Below, piece by piece: positions 41,366 through 51,622 of a stretch of DNA of 64,000 nucleotides; position 1 is the first letter of the stretch, and each line of letters starts with the position of its first letter. The translations under genes were made by a program, and so were the position numbers. The stretch comes from an uncultured candidate division Zixibacteria bacterium (GTDB lineage Bacteria > Zixibacteria > MSB-5A5 > RBG-16-43-9), in assembly GCA_963713865.1 (NCBI GenBank), contig OY970208.1, positions 320,001 through 384,000 on the forward strand. The letters are read 5' to 3'. The notes beneath the pieces are model-generated. The model was not told the DNA's origin. It saw only the letters and a program-made list of their open reading frames with translations, and made no database searches.

Positions 41366-42561
41366 ATGAAAAGAATCAAAAACCTATCAGCCCTTTTAAT
41401 TTTATTTTTATTTCTATTCCTTTATACGAATTTATGGGGTGCAGAACCAAAAAAGACAACTCCAGATACCACTGGTCAGAAAATCACCCAGATAAAAATA
41501 GGCGATGAAGGAATTACCATTAAGACCCAGGAAGGAAAAGAAGTTAAGGAGAAACCAGGAGAAATAATCCTGGGAAAAGAGGGGATAAAAATAATAACTT
41601 CTGACAATAAAGAAACCACCTCTGCTCAGATAAAGATTGAACTGCCTAAACATACTACCGTTGTGGAGCTAAATGGAGGTGATATTGTAAAATTCGGGAA
41701 AGATATTACTATAGACGAAGGTGAAAAAGTTACAGGAGACGTTGTGGCTATCGGCGGAAGTGTACGGGTAAATGGATTAGTTGAAGGGGATGTGGTTTCA
41801 ATCGGTGGTAACATATTCGTCTCTTCCACTGGCATAATAGAGAAAAATGCCACCAGTGTGGGGGGGGATGTGAGAGAGATCCTGGCTCGACTATCAAAGG
41901 TGAAAGCGTAGGACTTGGTTTTCTTCCAGGAAAGCTTTTAGGGTTTCATACTGGCTCTCATTTCTTATGGGGTGTAGGTTTTATTTTCTCGCTTTTTAAA
42001 ATTTTATTCCTCTTTTTCTTAGGGATATTGGTTTTAGCTCTAGCCCCGAAAAACGTCCAAAAGGTAAAGGATAAAATCACCAAGAATCCCTGGCAGTCTG
42101 CACTGATAGGTTTTTTAGGTGAGATCCTGATCCTGCCAGCATTCATCCTTTTGATCATTACTATAATCGGGATACCGGTAGCTATCCTTGGATTACCTTT
42201 AGCTATCCTTTTAGCAATGTTACTCGGTTATACCAGTGTGTCTCTGATAGTGGGTGAGAAACTTAGACAGAACACTAATATAAAACCTCAGACTCAGATG
42301 ATGACTCTTATTTTAGGGATCTTGACATTAGAGTTTGTCCTCCTATTTGCCAGGTTCTTAAGGATCTTTTGGGGATTTTTCTCACCTTTCTCTCTTATTT
42401 TTGCGATAATCGGGTTTTTGATCACTTATGTGGCTTTTACAATTGGCTTTGGTGGAGCGATTCTAACCCTTTTAGGCACCCGACCAAAGGATAAACCGGT
42501 CCTGGCTACCCCTGCGCCGGCTCCTGATCCTGCTCCTCCTCAATCTCAAACCACAAATTAA
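41366..42561 (+). pseudogene. Bactofilin-like repeat plus multi-TM membrane protein, frameshift at about 41875
   Basis: GDVVAIGGSV..GDVVSIGG; the reading frame resumes as DPGSTIKGESVG after G9/GAGAGAGA and joins ORF 42028-42561. Confidence 0.75.
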
Positions 42562-42685
42562 TTACCTAAAACTTCTAAATTCCTCTTGCTTTTTTACCGA
42601 TATTTGAGTATAATCTACAATGAGGGGATTGCACTTTATATATTTACTTAATATATTTACTTATCAAAACACATAGAGGATAACT

Positions 42686-45600
42686 ATGCAGGGAAAAAGA
42701 AAAAACATGGGATTTGTATTGCTAATAATTTTCTATGCACTCATTCTCCTGAATATTCAGGGTAACGCTTTGGCTCAGTCTTGGCTTAATCCTGAATGGA
42801 ACTACCGGATGAGACTTACGATTAACAATCGGAGCAATTTACTTGGCCTGACAGATTATCAGGTCAAGGTTCGGCTGAACCACGCCAATTTTGATTTCAC
42901 CAAGGCAAAGCCTAAAGGCGAAGATATAAGGTTTGCCGCAAGCGATGGAACTACTTTGATAAACCACTGGATAGAATACTGGAACAATATGGCTGAATCT
43001 GCATTGGTTTGGATAAAGGTCCCAAGTGTATCTGCTTCAGATTCTGCTGTAATTTATTTCTACTACGGAAATCTGAATGCCAACAACTTCAGTAACGGAA
43101 AGGGGACCTTTGAATTTTTCGACGATTTCGAATCAAATTATTTAGCGGAAAGCGGATGGGGTATCAAAGCGCCTTTGCCTTTAGTTAAAGCGGATAATGC
43201 AACTGCAGTCTACAACAACCTGCTATATGTTTTTGGAGGGTATGACAGAGACCCGAATTGTGTTAAATATTATCTGGATGAGACCTTTGCCTATAATCCT
43301 GCAACTGATACCTGGACACAACTTAAGGATATGCCTACCGCTCGCTGGGGGCCAGTAGCAGTTGAATCCAATGGCTTAATTCATGTTTTTGCAGGAGAAG
43401 CTACTTCTGGTCTTACCGGCATACACGAAATCTATGATCCGGCTACCGACACCTGGAGAAGCTCTGCTCTGAAAAACCCCTTATCTATCCCGCAATATGG
43501 GGCAAGTGGAACTGTACACCCGGATATCATATATTTTCCAGAGGGAAAAGATGGGTACAAATATTGGATGGTATATACTCCTACTCCTCCACAATCAAGA
43601 GAAAATCCAAGCATTGTCAGGAGCCACGACGGGATAACCTGGACAGATGCCGATATCACAAATCCCGTAATTCCTTTAGGTACCTCAGGTGCCTGGAACG
43701 ACTTGGAGAATCCGGATCCTGATTTTGTTTATGTAGCAGAATATGACAAATGGTTTATGGTCTGGAATGGAGGAAATGCAGCCACTAATAGCAGGAAGAT
43801 AGCGCTGGCTTATTCTTCAGATGGTAAGAATTGGACCGAGTACAATGGAGCACCTGTTAACGGAAATACTAGCCCGGTAATACTATCTGGAGATGACGAT
43901 TTTGGCCAATCCTGGGAGAGGTCCACTGGCGGGGTTTCTGCCACAAGCTGTCCGACTTTATTCTATGAAAACGGTACATTCTACCTTTACTATGTGGAGG
44001 AAGCGAGCGGCAATAACAGGGGTAGGGCTGGATTCGCTACCTTTACCTGGAATAATGTCACAAACAGCATTGAAAACTTAGTGCGTAATGCGGGGAATCC
44101 CACTATTATCCTGCCACAAGACAGTTATTTCAAATCAGGATGCGGGCACCTGGATCTCTCCAAAAACCCAAAAAATAACCTTTACTATATGTATGTGGTG
44201 AGAGAACTGGTGAGCTCTACCTCTTACGAACTGGCTCTTTTAACCTCCCCGGATAGAATATCCTGGACAAATCGAGGCACAGTTCTGCAGAGAGGGGCAT
44301 CCGGCCAGTGGGATGATACCTATATCTACCGTTCGTCTCCAGTGGTTACCAGTACCGGTAACATATATTACTTAAACAACAAGATTAGACTTTATTACAG
44401 CGCTTTTAGGGGAGGGGATCCCAGAATAGGGATTGCAGACATCCCGGAAACAGGTCCACCTGAAAAATTCCAGGGTAATGGTCCAGCAGATTTGCCCGCT
44501 GGATTGGCAGACCAGGGTGTCATGGGGATAAAGTATGGTAACAAGATTCATCTATTCTTAAAGCAATACCACTATGAATACGACCCTGCTACTGACACTT
44601 ATACTGCAAAAGCAAATGTTCCTACACCCAGGAGCTGGGGAACCTGTGCCCTGGTAAACGGCTTGATCTATGTAATAGGTGGTTATTCTTATGGCTCTCC
44701 CAGTGGTGCTACAAATGTAAACGAGGTCTATGATCCAGTCACTGATACCTGGACAACCAGAGCGCCTATGCCGGTAAAGAAGTATGGAACTCTCAGAGAA
44801 AACCCGGTTATAGATGGTAAAATCTATGTGACTCACGGGCGGGATGGAAGCTTTTTTCTCAATAATAATTATGTTTATGACCCATCTACTAATACCTGGT
44901 CAAAGAAATCTTCAGGTATAAATCCGAGAGATGGAGTTGGCTGTGGAGTGATAAATGACAAATTATACGTGGTTGGCGGAAGAGACATTTTTTCCTGTGC
45001 CGTAGGGAGAAACTATGTGGAGGGATATGATCCAGCCAATGATAAGGGTGAAGTATGGGTCCTCTCAGATATTAGTGCAATTAAAAGAGATACTCTGGCA
45101 AAATATGAACAAGCTTACGGTTTCCTTTTTAATAAGTCTCTCTCCGGAGATGGTATATCTGCACAGCATTATCACAATTTCACCACCTGTGCTGTGGATG
45201 TTTATTGGAATATCACGGATTATTGGGGATTGGCTAACTCCCAGCCGGAAGGGGCAATAGCGTTGACTGATAACGCGAGTGATGGATCGCTGAGTTACTT
45301 CAATAACAACGGTAGACCAGAGTTTAGCTGGTACAGAAGCTCATATGGATTTTTACAGACTGGTACTTGGAATACATGGTATCCTGTGACGATCATTTGG
45401 AATGGTTCAAATAGTAAGGTAATAATTAATGGGACAGAATATCCTGTATCAGCCTCAAACACAAATTCTAACAGAGTATTTCTTCGGGTAAATAAGATTA
45501 CCCGGGAGTATTTCGACCTGGTCAGAGTACGTAAATACTCATCACCAGAGCCCGGTGTAGCCTTTGGCTCAGCTGAGTCTTCTAATCATCCACCAATCCT

Positions 45601-47260
45601 AACTCTCCGGGATACCTCCTTTTTCCTGTGTAAGCCAGAAACTACCTGCTTTAGTCTAATGACAACAGATCCGGATTCTCCTGAGGTCTTGACTCTTGAA
45701 AAGATTTTTGGCTCAGGCAATTTTACTCCCTTAACAGGACCTCCTCCCCTGAACGTCACTCACTGTTTCCTCCCGGAACCTAAAGATTCAACCTATCTTT
45801 TCGTCTTCAGGGTGACAGATTCAAAAGGAGCTTTTGTCCAGGATAGTTCTTTTGTCCATATTCATATAGATCAAAGCCCGATTTTAGCCCTTCCCAATGA
45901 TATTGACACCCTGTTTTGCAATCTGGGTGATTCCATCTATGTATCTATAAGAGGGGAAGACCCGGATACAGGCGACACTCTCAATTTAGAAAAAATCTTT
46001 TCAAAAGGAGTGCTTTTACCTTCTAACCCTGCTTTGGGGAGAGCACCTCTATTAGGACATTTCCTGTGGAAACCTGATTATTCAGATACTTCAGGTAACC
46101 CGCATCGGATTATCTTTAAACTCAAGGACCTTTGTGGAAAAGAGGTTCAGGATACATTACTTATAAGAGTCAAATTCAACCATCTACCAGTTCTTACTCT
46201 GCCTGCAGATACAATCTACAATTTGTGTAAGGCAGATACTATCTGTTTTGACCATATCTCCGCCATAGATTCAGACTCAAAAGATTCAGTCTTTATTCAG
46301 AAACTATCAGGCCCAGGAGGATATAATCCAGGCACAGGCATTTGCTGTTTCTTGCCTTCGTCAAAAGATTCTATTTACACCTTCATCTTTAAAGCCCAAG
46401 ACCTCTGTGGAGCCTCAACTTTGGACACCTTTAACTTGACCGTACATTTGAATCGAACCCCGACTCTATCCCTTCCATCTGACACCTCTTACAAGCTATG
46501 TGCTCCAGGCGATTCTATCTTCTTTGAAGTTTCCAGCTCTGATCCAGGTAATTCTCTGAGTTTAACTAAACTTTCTATTGAGGGAGAGTTAAGACCAACT
46601 GATCCTGTTCTGGACCAAGATTCAGTCAAAGTGATTTTCGTCTGGAAACCAGATTATCCTGATACTCTCTCTAACCCTCATCTTTTGATTTTTGAGGTAA
46701 GAGATAATTGTGGAGCTTCCCGCACCGATACAATCCACGTCAGGATTGAATTTAACCATCTGCCAGTCTTAGTTTCTCAGGGCAGTAGTTACCACCTGTG
46801 TGATGATAGCACCATCTGTTTCAATAATCTGATCGGTAGTGATTCAGACCCGGATGATTCTTTAAGCTTGGAGCTTGTCTCAGGTCCTAATTGCCTCTTT
46901 TTAACTACAGTGCTAAGTCCAACTTTAATCACTGGTTTTACCTGTTTCCAGACCTCAGGCACTGATACAGTCTATCCATTTATCTTTGAGCTTGAGGACA
47001 GATGCGGAACAAAAGATGTAGATACAGTCTATATAACTGTTTCCCCACCAGCTAATCTTTTAAGAGGAGATCCGAATGGAGATATAGCTGTAACCGTCTC
47101 AGATGTGATTTATATCATTAACTATCTCTTTAAAAGTGGGCCACCCCCAGTCAACTGTCCAAAATCTGGAGACGTTAACTGTGACTCCAAGATAACTGTA
47201 AGTGATGTAGTTTATCTGATAGGTTATCTTTTCAAAGGAGGACCACCACCCTGTCCCTAA
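42686..47260 (+). CDS. Large secreted protein: DUF2341 + Kelch + glycoside-hydrolase-like propeller + Cys-containing Ig-like repeats + dockerin-like C-terminus
   Basis: DIRF..WIEYW..VWIKVP..YFYYGN; LYVFGG..YNPATDTW; ENPSI..SHDG..W; RGDPNGD..VSDVIYIINYLF (duplicated). Confidence 0.85.
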   Translation: MQGKRKNMGFVLLIIFYALILLNIQGNALAQSWLNPEWNYRMRLTINNRSNLLGLTDYQVKVRLNHANFDFTKAKPKGEDIRFAASDGTTLINHWIEYWNNMAESALVWIKVPSVSASDSAVIYFYYGNLNANNFSNGKGTFEFFDDFESNYLAESGWGIKAPLPLVKADNATAVYNNLLYVFGGYDRDPNCVKYYLDETFAYNPATDTWTQLKDMPTARWGPVAVESNGLIHVFAGEATSGLTGIHEIYDPATDTWRSSALKNPLSIPQYGASGTVHPDIIYFPEGKDGYKYWMVYTPTPPQSRENPSIVRSHDGITWTDADITNPVIPLGTSGAWNDLENPDPDFVYVAEYDKWFMVWNGGNAATNSRKIALAYSSDGKNWTEYNGAPVNGNTSPVILSGDDDFGQSWERSTGGVSATSCPTLFYENGTFYLYYVEEASGNNRGRAGFATFTWNNVTNSIENLVRNAGNPTIILPQDSYFKSGCGHLDLSKNPKNNLYYMYVVRELVSSTSYELALLTSPDRISWTNRGTVLQRGASGQWDDTYIYRSSPVVTSTGNIYYLNNKIRLYYSAFRGGDPRIGIADIPETGPPEKFQGNGPADLPAGLADQGVMGIKYGNKIHLFLKQYHYEYDPATDTYTAKANVPTPRSWGTCALVNGLIYVIGGYSYGSPSGATNVNEVYDPVTDTWTTRAPMPVKKYGTLRENPVIDGKIYVTHGRDGSFFLNNNYVYDPSTNTWSKKSSGINPRDGVGCGVINDKLYVVGGRDIFSCAVGRNYVEGYDPANDKGEVWVLSDISAIKRDTLAKYEQAYGFLFNKSLSGDGISAQHYHNFTTCAVDVYWNITDYWGLANSQPEGAIALTDNASDGSLSYFNNNGRPEFSWYRSSYGFLQTGTWNTWYPVTIIWNGSNSKVIINGTEYPVSASNTNSNRVFLRVNKITREYFDLVRVRKYSSPEPGVAFGSAESSNHPPILTLRDTSFFLCKPETTCFSLMTTDPDSPEVLTLEKIFGSGNFTPLTGPPPLNVTHCFLPEPKDSTYLFVFRVTDSKGAFVQDSSFVHIHIDQSPILALPNDIDTLFCNLGDSIYVSIRGEDPDTGDTLNLEKIFSKGVLLPSNPALGRAPLLGHFLWKPDYSDTSGNPHRIIFKLKDLCGKEVQDTLLIRVKFNHLPVLTLPADTIYNLCKADTICFDHISAIDSDSKDSVFIQKLSGPGGYNPGTGICCFLPSSKDSIYTFIFKAQDLCGASTLDTFNLTVHLNRTPTLSLPSDTSYKLCAPGDSIFFEVSSSDPGNSLSLTKLSIEGELRPTDPVLDQDSVKVIFVWKPDYPDTLSNPHLLIFEVRDNCGASRTDTIHVRIEFNHLPVLVSQGSSYHLCDDSTICFNNLIGSDSDPDDSLSLELVSGPNCLFLTTVLSPTLITGFTCFQTSGTDTVYPFIFELEDRCGTKDVDTVYITVSPPANLLRGDPNGDIAVTVSDVIYIINYLFKSGPPPVNCPKSGDVNCDSKITVSDVVYLIGYLFKGGPPPCP

Positions 47261-47314
47261 CACCAGTTCAAAGGTTCAAAAGTTAAATAGTTCAAAGATA
47301 AAAACTAAAAAAGT

Positions 47315-47342
47315 AACGCCCGACCTAAAATCGGGCGTTTTT
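47315..47342 (+). terminator. Probable terminator hairpin
   Basis: AACGCCCGA-CCTAAAA-TCGGGCGTT-TTT. Confidence 0.6.
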
Positions 47343-47967
47343 ATAAGACCGTAGCGTCCGACCTATTTGGGTTTTACACCTGGACAGGGATAAGCCCTGT
47401 CCCTTCGATCTTCATCCAGTTTTTTTAGTTTTTTTAAGGCAGAAGAATCTTGTGCAGGTCAGATAGAAATTGCTGAGAAAAAATTCAAAATCTCAAAACA
47501 GAAATCAGCCCCGAACGCTATTTCGATGCCTCTTTCTTCATTTCACCTCCGGTGAAATTAAATTTAGAGGTTTTAGATGCCCATTAATTTGATAATTTCT
47601 AAACTGTAATTTATCTTGTAAAAAGATCTTGTCAAGCGAAAAATGTATGTGTTAATTTACATAACCCAAGAAAGACTTATTTCCCCCCTTTTCAATCTGT
47701 TAATTATAATTAAATAAGAATTTAAAATTTTTCTTGACACTATTTTTCAATAAACATATATTGAAACTAATTAATTTGAAAACCAAACTGGCTGTCCTTT
47801 CTGGAATTCTTTTAGGGATGAAAGGAGCTCCAATCCGATATTTCGCTTCATAAAAAGTCAGCGTATCTATCAGGAATAGATTTTTTTAATCAGTTTACCC
47901 TTTATAAACAAAGAGGGTATGGATAAGTTGGAAAATGTAAATGAAATCTTAATAAAAAAGGAGTAAA

Positions 47968-48549
47968 ATGGAAGAAAAATCAGGTTTTTTAAAAACTCAG
48001 ATCTGGTCAATAGTTCTTATCGTAATAATCATAGTAATGGGAGTTGAGATTCTCCTTTTAGTCCAGGAGAATAGAAAACTCCGTAATATACTTTCTCTAT
48101 CCAAAGGTCCTTTTAAAATCCTCAACCCGGAGGAAAAAGTCCCTCCCCTTATCGGAATCAACCAGAGAGATGAAGAGGTCAAAATAGATTATCCTTCCTC
48201 AAAAAAAACTGTCCTTTTCTGGTTTTCTCCTGCCTGTCCCTCCTGCGAGGAAAACCTGGCATTTTGGAAAGAGCTTTATCAGAGACATAACTCTGAAAAT
48301 TTGAGATTTATCGGAGTTACTCAGGCTGAAAAGAGTAAGGTTGAGGAGTTTACAAAGAGATTTCAGTTGGAATTTCCCGTTTTGATAATCTCTAATCTTT
48401 CACTCGTTGACCAATATAAGGTAGAGGTGATTCCCCAGACAATGCTCATCGATACCAACGGCATTGTTCAGAAAGTCTGGCCCGGACCTCTTTCAGAAAA
48501 TTACAAAAAGGAGATAGAGGAGATGCTTTCCTCATCTCCAAAACCATAG
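47968..48549 (+). CDS. Membrane-anchored TlpA/redoxin-like thioredoxin-fold protein
   Basis: N-terminal TM; FSPACPSCE; VIPQTMLID. Confidence 0.88.
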   Translation: MEEKSGFLKTQIWSIVLIVIIIVMGVEILLLVQENRKLRNILSLSKGPFKILNPEEKVPPLIGINQRDEEVKIDYPSSKKTVLFWFSPACPSCEENLAFWKELYQRHNSENLRFIGVTQAEKSKVEEFTKRFQLEFPVLIISNLSLVDQYKVEVIPQTMLIDTNGIVQKVWPGPLSENYKKEIEEMLSSSPKP

Positions 48550-48565
48550 AAAGGAGGTGAAATAA

Positions 48566-48721
48566 ATGAAACTATTAAGAAAAATCAGAGTCGTAGTCTT
48601 GGTCTTGGCTTTAGCTGTAGTCCTCTGGGGCTCATTTTATATGACTGCTTATGCCAAGAGATGCCTTTTAATGTGTGTATTCGACCCGGTTTATGAATGT
48701 AAGGTTATATGCTACAAATAA
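48566..48721 (+). CDS. Secreted Cys-rich peptide 1 (51 aa, 4 Cys)
   Basis: Manual translation MKLLRKIRVVVLVLALAVVLWGSFYMTAYA/KRCLLMCVFDPVYECKVICYK; GAAAGGAGGTGA RBS. Confidence 0.85.
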   Translation: MKLLRKIRVVVLVLALAVVLWGSFYMTAYAKRCLLMCVFDPVYECKVICYK

Positions 48722-48831
48722 GTCTAAATGATTCGTAAAAGGACCGGGCCTTTCGACTTAGAACAGATTCGTTCAGGATTCTGAAGAGAAGTTAAGGCTC
48801 TAAACTATACATTAGAAAGGAGGTGAAATAG

Positions 48832-49038
48832 ATGAAACTTTTCAGAAATCTTAGAGCTTTTGCGCTCCTCTTTGCAGTGCTGGTTTTGGTCTTAGGATTC
48901 ACTGTGCTTCAGGCTCCTAATACTGCCAATGCTCGTCCCCTATGCTGTTATAGGGTCTGCAGTCTTGTTCCACCATATCTTTGCTGGGATGTGTGCAAAC
49001 CCTGTCCTACACTTCCCCCAATTCCTCCAGGTCCGTAA
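48832..49038 (+). CDS. Secreted Cys-rich peptide 2 (68 aa, 6 Cys)
   Basis: Signal peptide ending ANA; RPLCCYRVCSLVPPYLCWDVCKPCP...; same strong RBS. Confidence 0.88.
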   Translation: MKLFRNLRAFALLFAVLVLVLGFTVLQAPNTANARPLCCYRVCSLVPPYLCWDVCKPCPTLPPIPPGP

Positions 49039-49173
49039 GACCCGTAAATGACTAACTGGTCTGAGGAGCAATGTCTTTGGGCGAGCAAGAAATTGCTCGC
49101 CCAGTACAAATTTGGAAAGTAAAGTTAAGACCTGAACTCAACTTTTAAAACTTAAGAAAGGAGGTGATATTAG

Positions 49174-49362
49174 ATGAAACTTTTCAGAAATCTTAGAGCT
49201 TTTGTGCTCCTCTTTGCCATATTGGCCTTAATAACAGGATTTACTGTGCTTAATCTTCCTAAAACTGCTGATGCCTCCGGCGCATGCTGTTATTGGGTCT
49301 GCACCATTGAGGGACCTCCAGTTTGCTGGCACGTATGTCGTCCCTGCCCTAAACTGCCGTAA
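49174..49362 (+). CDS. Secreted Cys-rich peptide 3 (62 aa, 6 Cys)
   Basis: Signal peptide ending ADA; SGACCYWVCTIEGPPVCWHVCRPCPKLP; same RBS. Confidence 0.88.
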   Translation: MKLFRNLRAFVLLFAILALITGFTVLNLPKTADASGACCYWVCTIEGPPVCWHVCRPCPKLP

Positions 49363-49768
49363 ATTTACCAACAAGTATGAGGAGCTAATTCGAGCGAGTA
49401 AAATAAATTGCTCGCCCTATCATTTTTTGTCGGGCATATAAGCCGACGCTTCATCTAAATTGTCACTGTGAGAAGTCCGTAGGACGACAAGGCAATCTTT
49501 ATATACTTGAGTTCGCTTTGCGACCCTGAAAGGATCGCACTACGTTTTACCCTTTCCTTTTCAAGGAGAGGGTCAGCGTGAGGTCATGGTAACGAAGAGG
49601 CAAGATATTTGTTCCGCCAGTATTATAAGGAAGTTTTTGGGGAGTACATTGGCCGTATCAATTAAGCATTATCATGAACGATGCCCTCCCTGTAAAGATT
49701 TAATCTTTCCTCCATTTTCCCCTTGCTAATTTTAATAAAATCCCTTTCTTTTACTTCAAGCATAGGGA

Positions 49769-50278
49769 GTGAGAATGGTCTTAAAAAAACTCACCTTTAT
49801 CTTATTTTCAGTTGCAATTTTTCTTTTCTTAGCTTGCGGAAAAGGAGCAGATAAGAAAAATCCGGATTTGCCCTTTGACTTTACACTTCCGGATCTGAAT
49901 GGCAAAATACATTCCTTAAAAGAATTCAAGGGGAAAATAGTTCTTTTGAATTTCTGGGCTACCTGGTGTCCTTCCTGTAAGGAAGATATTGCGGAACTGC
50001 TTTTTATCTATAGACAGTATAAAGATTCAGGACTGGAGGTGGTTGGGATCTCTTTGGATAAAAAAGGATTAGGGGTGGTAGATTCATTTGTTAAAGAGTT
50101 GAATATACCTTATACCATCCTTTTAGGTGATGAAACTGTGGTGAAAAGTTATGGAGGTTTCAAAGGAGTACCCACAACATTCCTTTTGGATAAGGAGGGG
50201 AGAATAGTTAAAAGATACTCCGGACAGATCAATCCGGAAACTCTTAGATCAGATCTGAAAGTATGGCTTGGAAAATAA
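49769..50278 (+). CDS. TlpA family thiol-disulfide oxidoreductase lipoprotein
   Basis: LAC lipobox; LLNFWATWCPSC; GVPTTFLLD. Confidence 0.93.
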   Translation: MRMVLKKLTFILFSVAIFLFLACGKGADKKNPDLPFDFTLPDLNGKIHSLKEFKGKIVLLNFWATWCPSCKEDIAELLFIYRQYKDSGLEVVGISLDKKGLGVVDSFVKELNIPYTILLGDETVVKSYGGFKGVPTTFLLDKEGRIVKRYSGQINPETLRSDLKVWLGK

Positions 50279-50293
50279 TGAAAGGAGCTTGTT

Positions 50294-51469
50294 TTGAAAA
50301 ATAAAAAGAGTTTGGCCACTCTGGCTGTAGACTTGGGGGAGGAGAGGTTTTCCTTAGGGGCTTTAGCTGAGCCGATATTCCAGAGTTCCACCTTCGCTTT
50401 CAAGAACTCGGCCGAGTTAAAAAGATATCTTAAGGGTGAAAAAGGGCTATATTTCTATACCCGCTATGCTAATCCCACCATCGAGTTTGCAGAGAAGAAG
50501 ATGGCGGTCCTGGAAGGCGGCCAGTCAGCTTTAGCCACCTCCTCCGGTATGTCCGCAATCACTACTGCCCTTTTAACCTTAGTCTCTTCAGGACAGGAGA
50601 TCATCAGCACTTCTCCGCTTTATGGTGGAACTTATCATCTTTTCCAGGACCTTTTCCCCAGACTGGGAATAAAAGTCCATTTCGTGGATGCAGAGTCTAT
50701 AGAAAAGGCTGAAGATTATGTTAATTACAAAACTAAGGTACTTTTCATAGAGACTCCAACTAATCCTAATTTGAAAATAGTGAACATCAAAGAAGGAGTA
50801 AAGATCGCAAAGAAGTTCGGGTTGACCTTCGTGGCGGATAACACCTTTGCTACTCCTTTAAACCAAAAACCCTTGGAAATGGGGGTGGATGTGGTGGTTC
50901 ACAGCGCAACAAAATATCTGGCCGGCCACAGTGACCTTATCGCTGGAGTGATCATCGGAAAGAAAGATTTTATCACCAGGACAATTACAGTGATGAAGCT
51001 TTTGGGCGGATGTTTAGACCCTTTGGGAGCATTTTTATTCTTAAGGGGATTGAAGACTTTATCGGTAAGAGTTGAAAAACAAAATCAGAATGCTTTAAAG
51101 ATCGCTCAGTATTTCTCAAAACATCCCCGGGTCAGAAAAGTCTATTATCCGGGCTTAAAAAATCATAGCCAGTATAATTTAGCCAAATCCCAGATGAAAG
51201 GGTTTGGAGGAATGGTTACCTTTGAACTTAAGGATTTGAATTCAGCCATAAAGCTTCTGGATAATCTAAAGGTGTTCAAAAATGCAGTCAGCCTGGGCGG
51301 GGTGGAGTCCTTAGCCTCTATACCGGTTTTGTCTTCCCATTACGGGCTGGACGAAACAATGCTTAAAAAATCCGGGGTAACTAAAGGGATGCTGCGTTTA
51401 TCCTGCGGAATCGAGGATACAGAAGATCTTATATATGACCTGGACCAAGCCCTTAAAAAAGTAAGATGA
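50294..51469 (+). CDS. Trans-sulfuration PLP enzyme (methionine/cystathionine gamma-lyase family)
   Basis: YTRYANPT, ETPTNP, HSATKYLAGHSD. Confidence 0.9.
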   Translation: MKNKKSLATLAVDLGEERFSLGALAEPIFQSSTFAFKNSAELKRYLKGEKGLYFYTRYANPTIEFAEKKMAVLEGGQSALATSSGMSAITTALLTLVSSGQEIISTSPLYGGTYHLFQDLFPRLGIKVHFVDAESIEKAEDYVNYKTKVLFIETPTNPNLKIVNIKEGVKIAKKFGLTFVADNTFATPLNQKPLEMGVDVVVHSATKYLAGHSDLIAGVIIGKKDFITRTITVMKLLGGCLDPLGAFLFLRGLKTLSVRVEKQNQNALKIAQYFSKHPRVRKVYYPGLKNHSQYNLAKSQMKGFGGMVTFELKDLNSAIKLLDNLKVFKNAVSLGGVESLASIPVLSSHYGLDETMLKKSGVTKGMLRLSCGIEDTEDLIYDLDQALKKVR

Positions 51470-51622
51470 AAGTCATAGGGGCAATTTCCAGATGGATCCA
51501 TACTGGACATAAATTGCCCCTACCACTAAATATAGAGGAGGTCATTAGATCTCCCTTATCTTAATATTATGGAAGGCTAAAATCTTTAGGTTAAAAGCTA
51601 ATAGCTATTTTCAGGAGATTTT

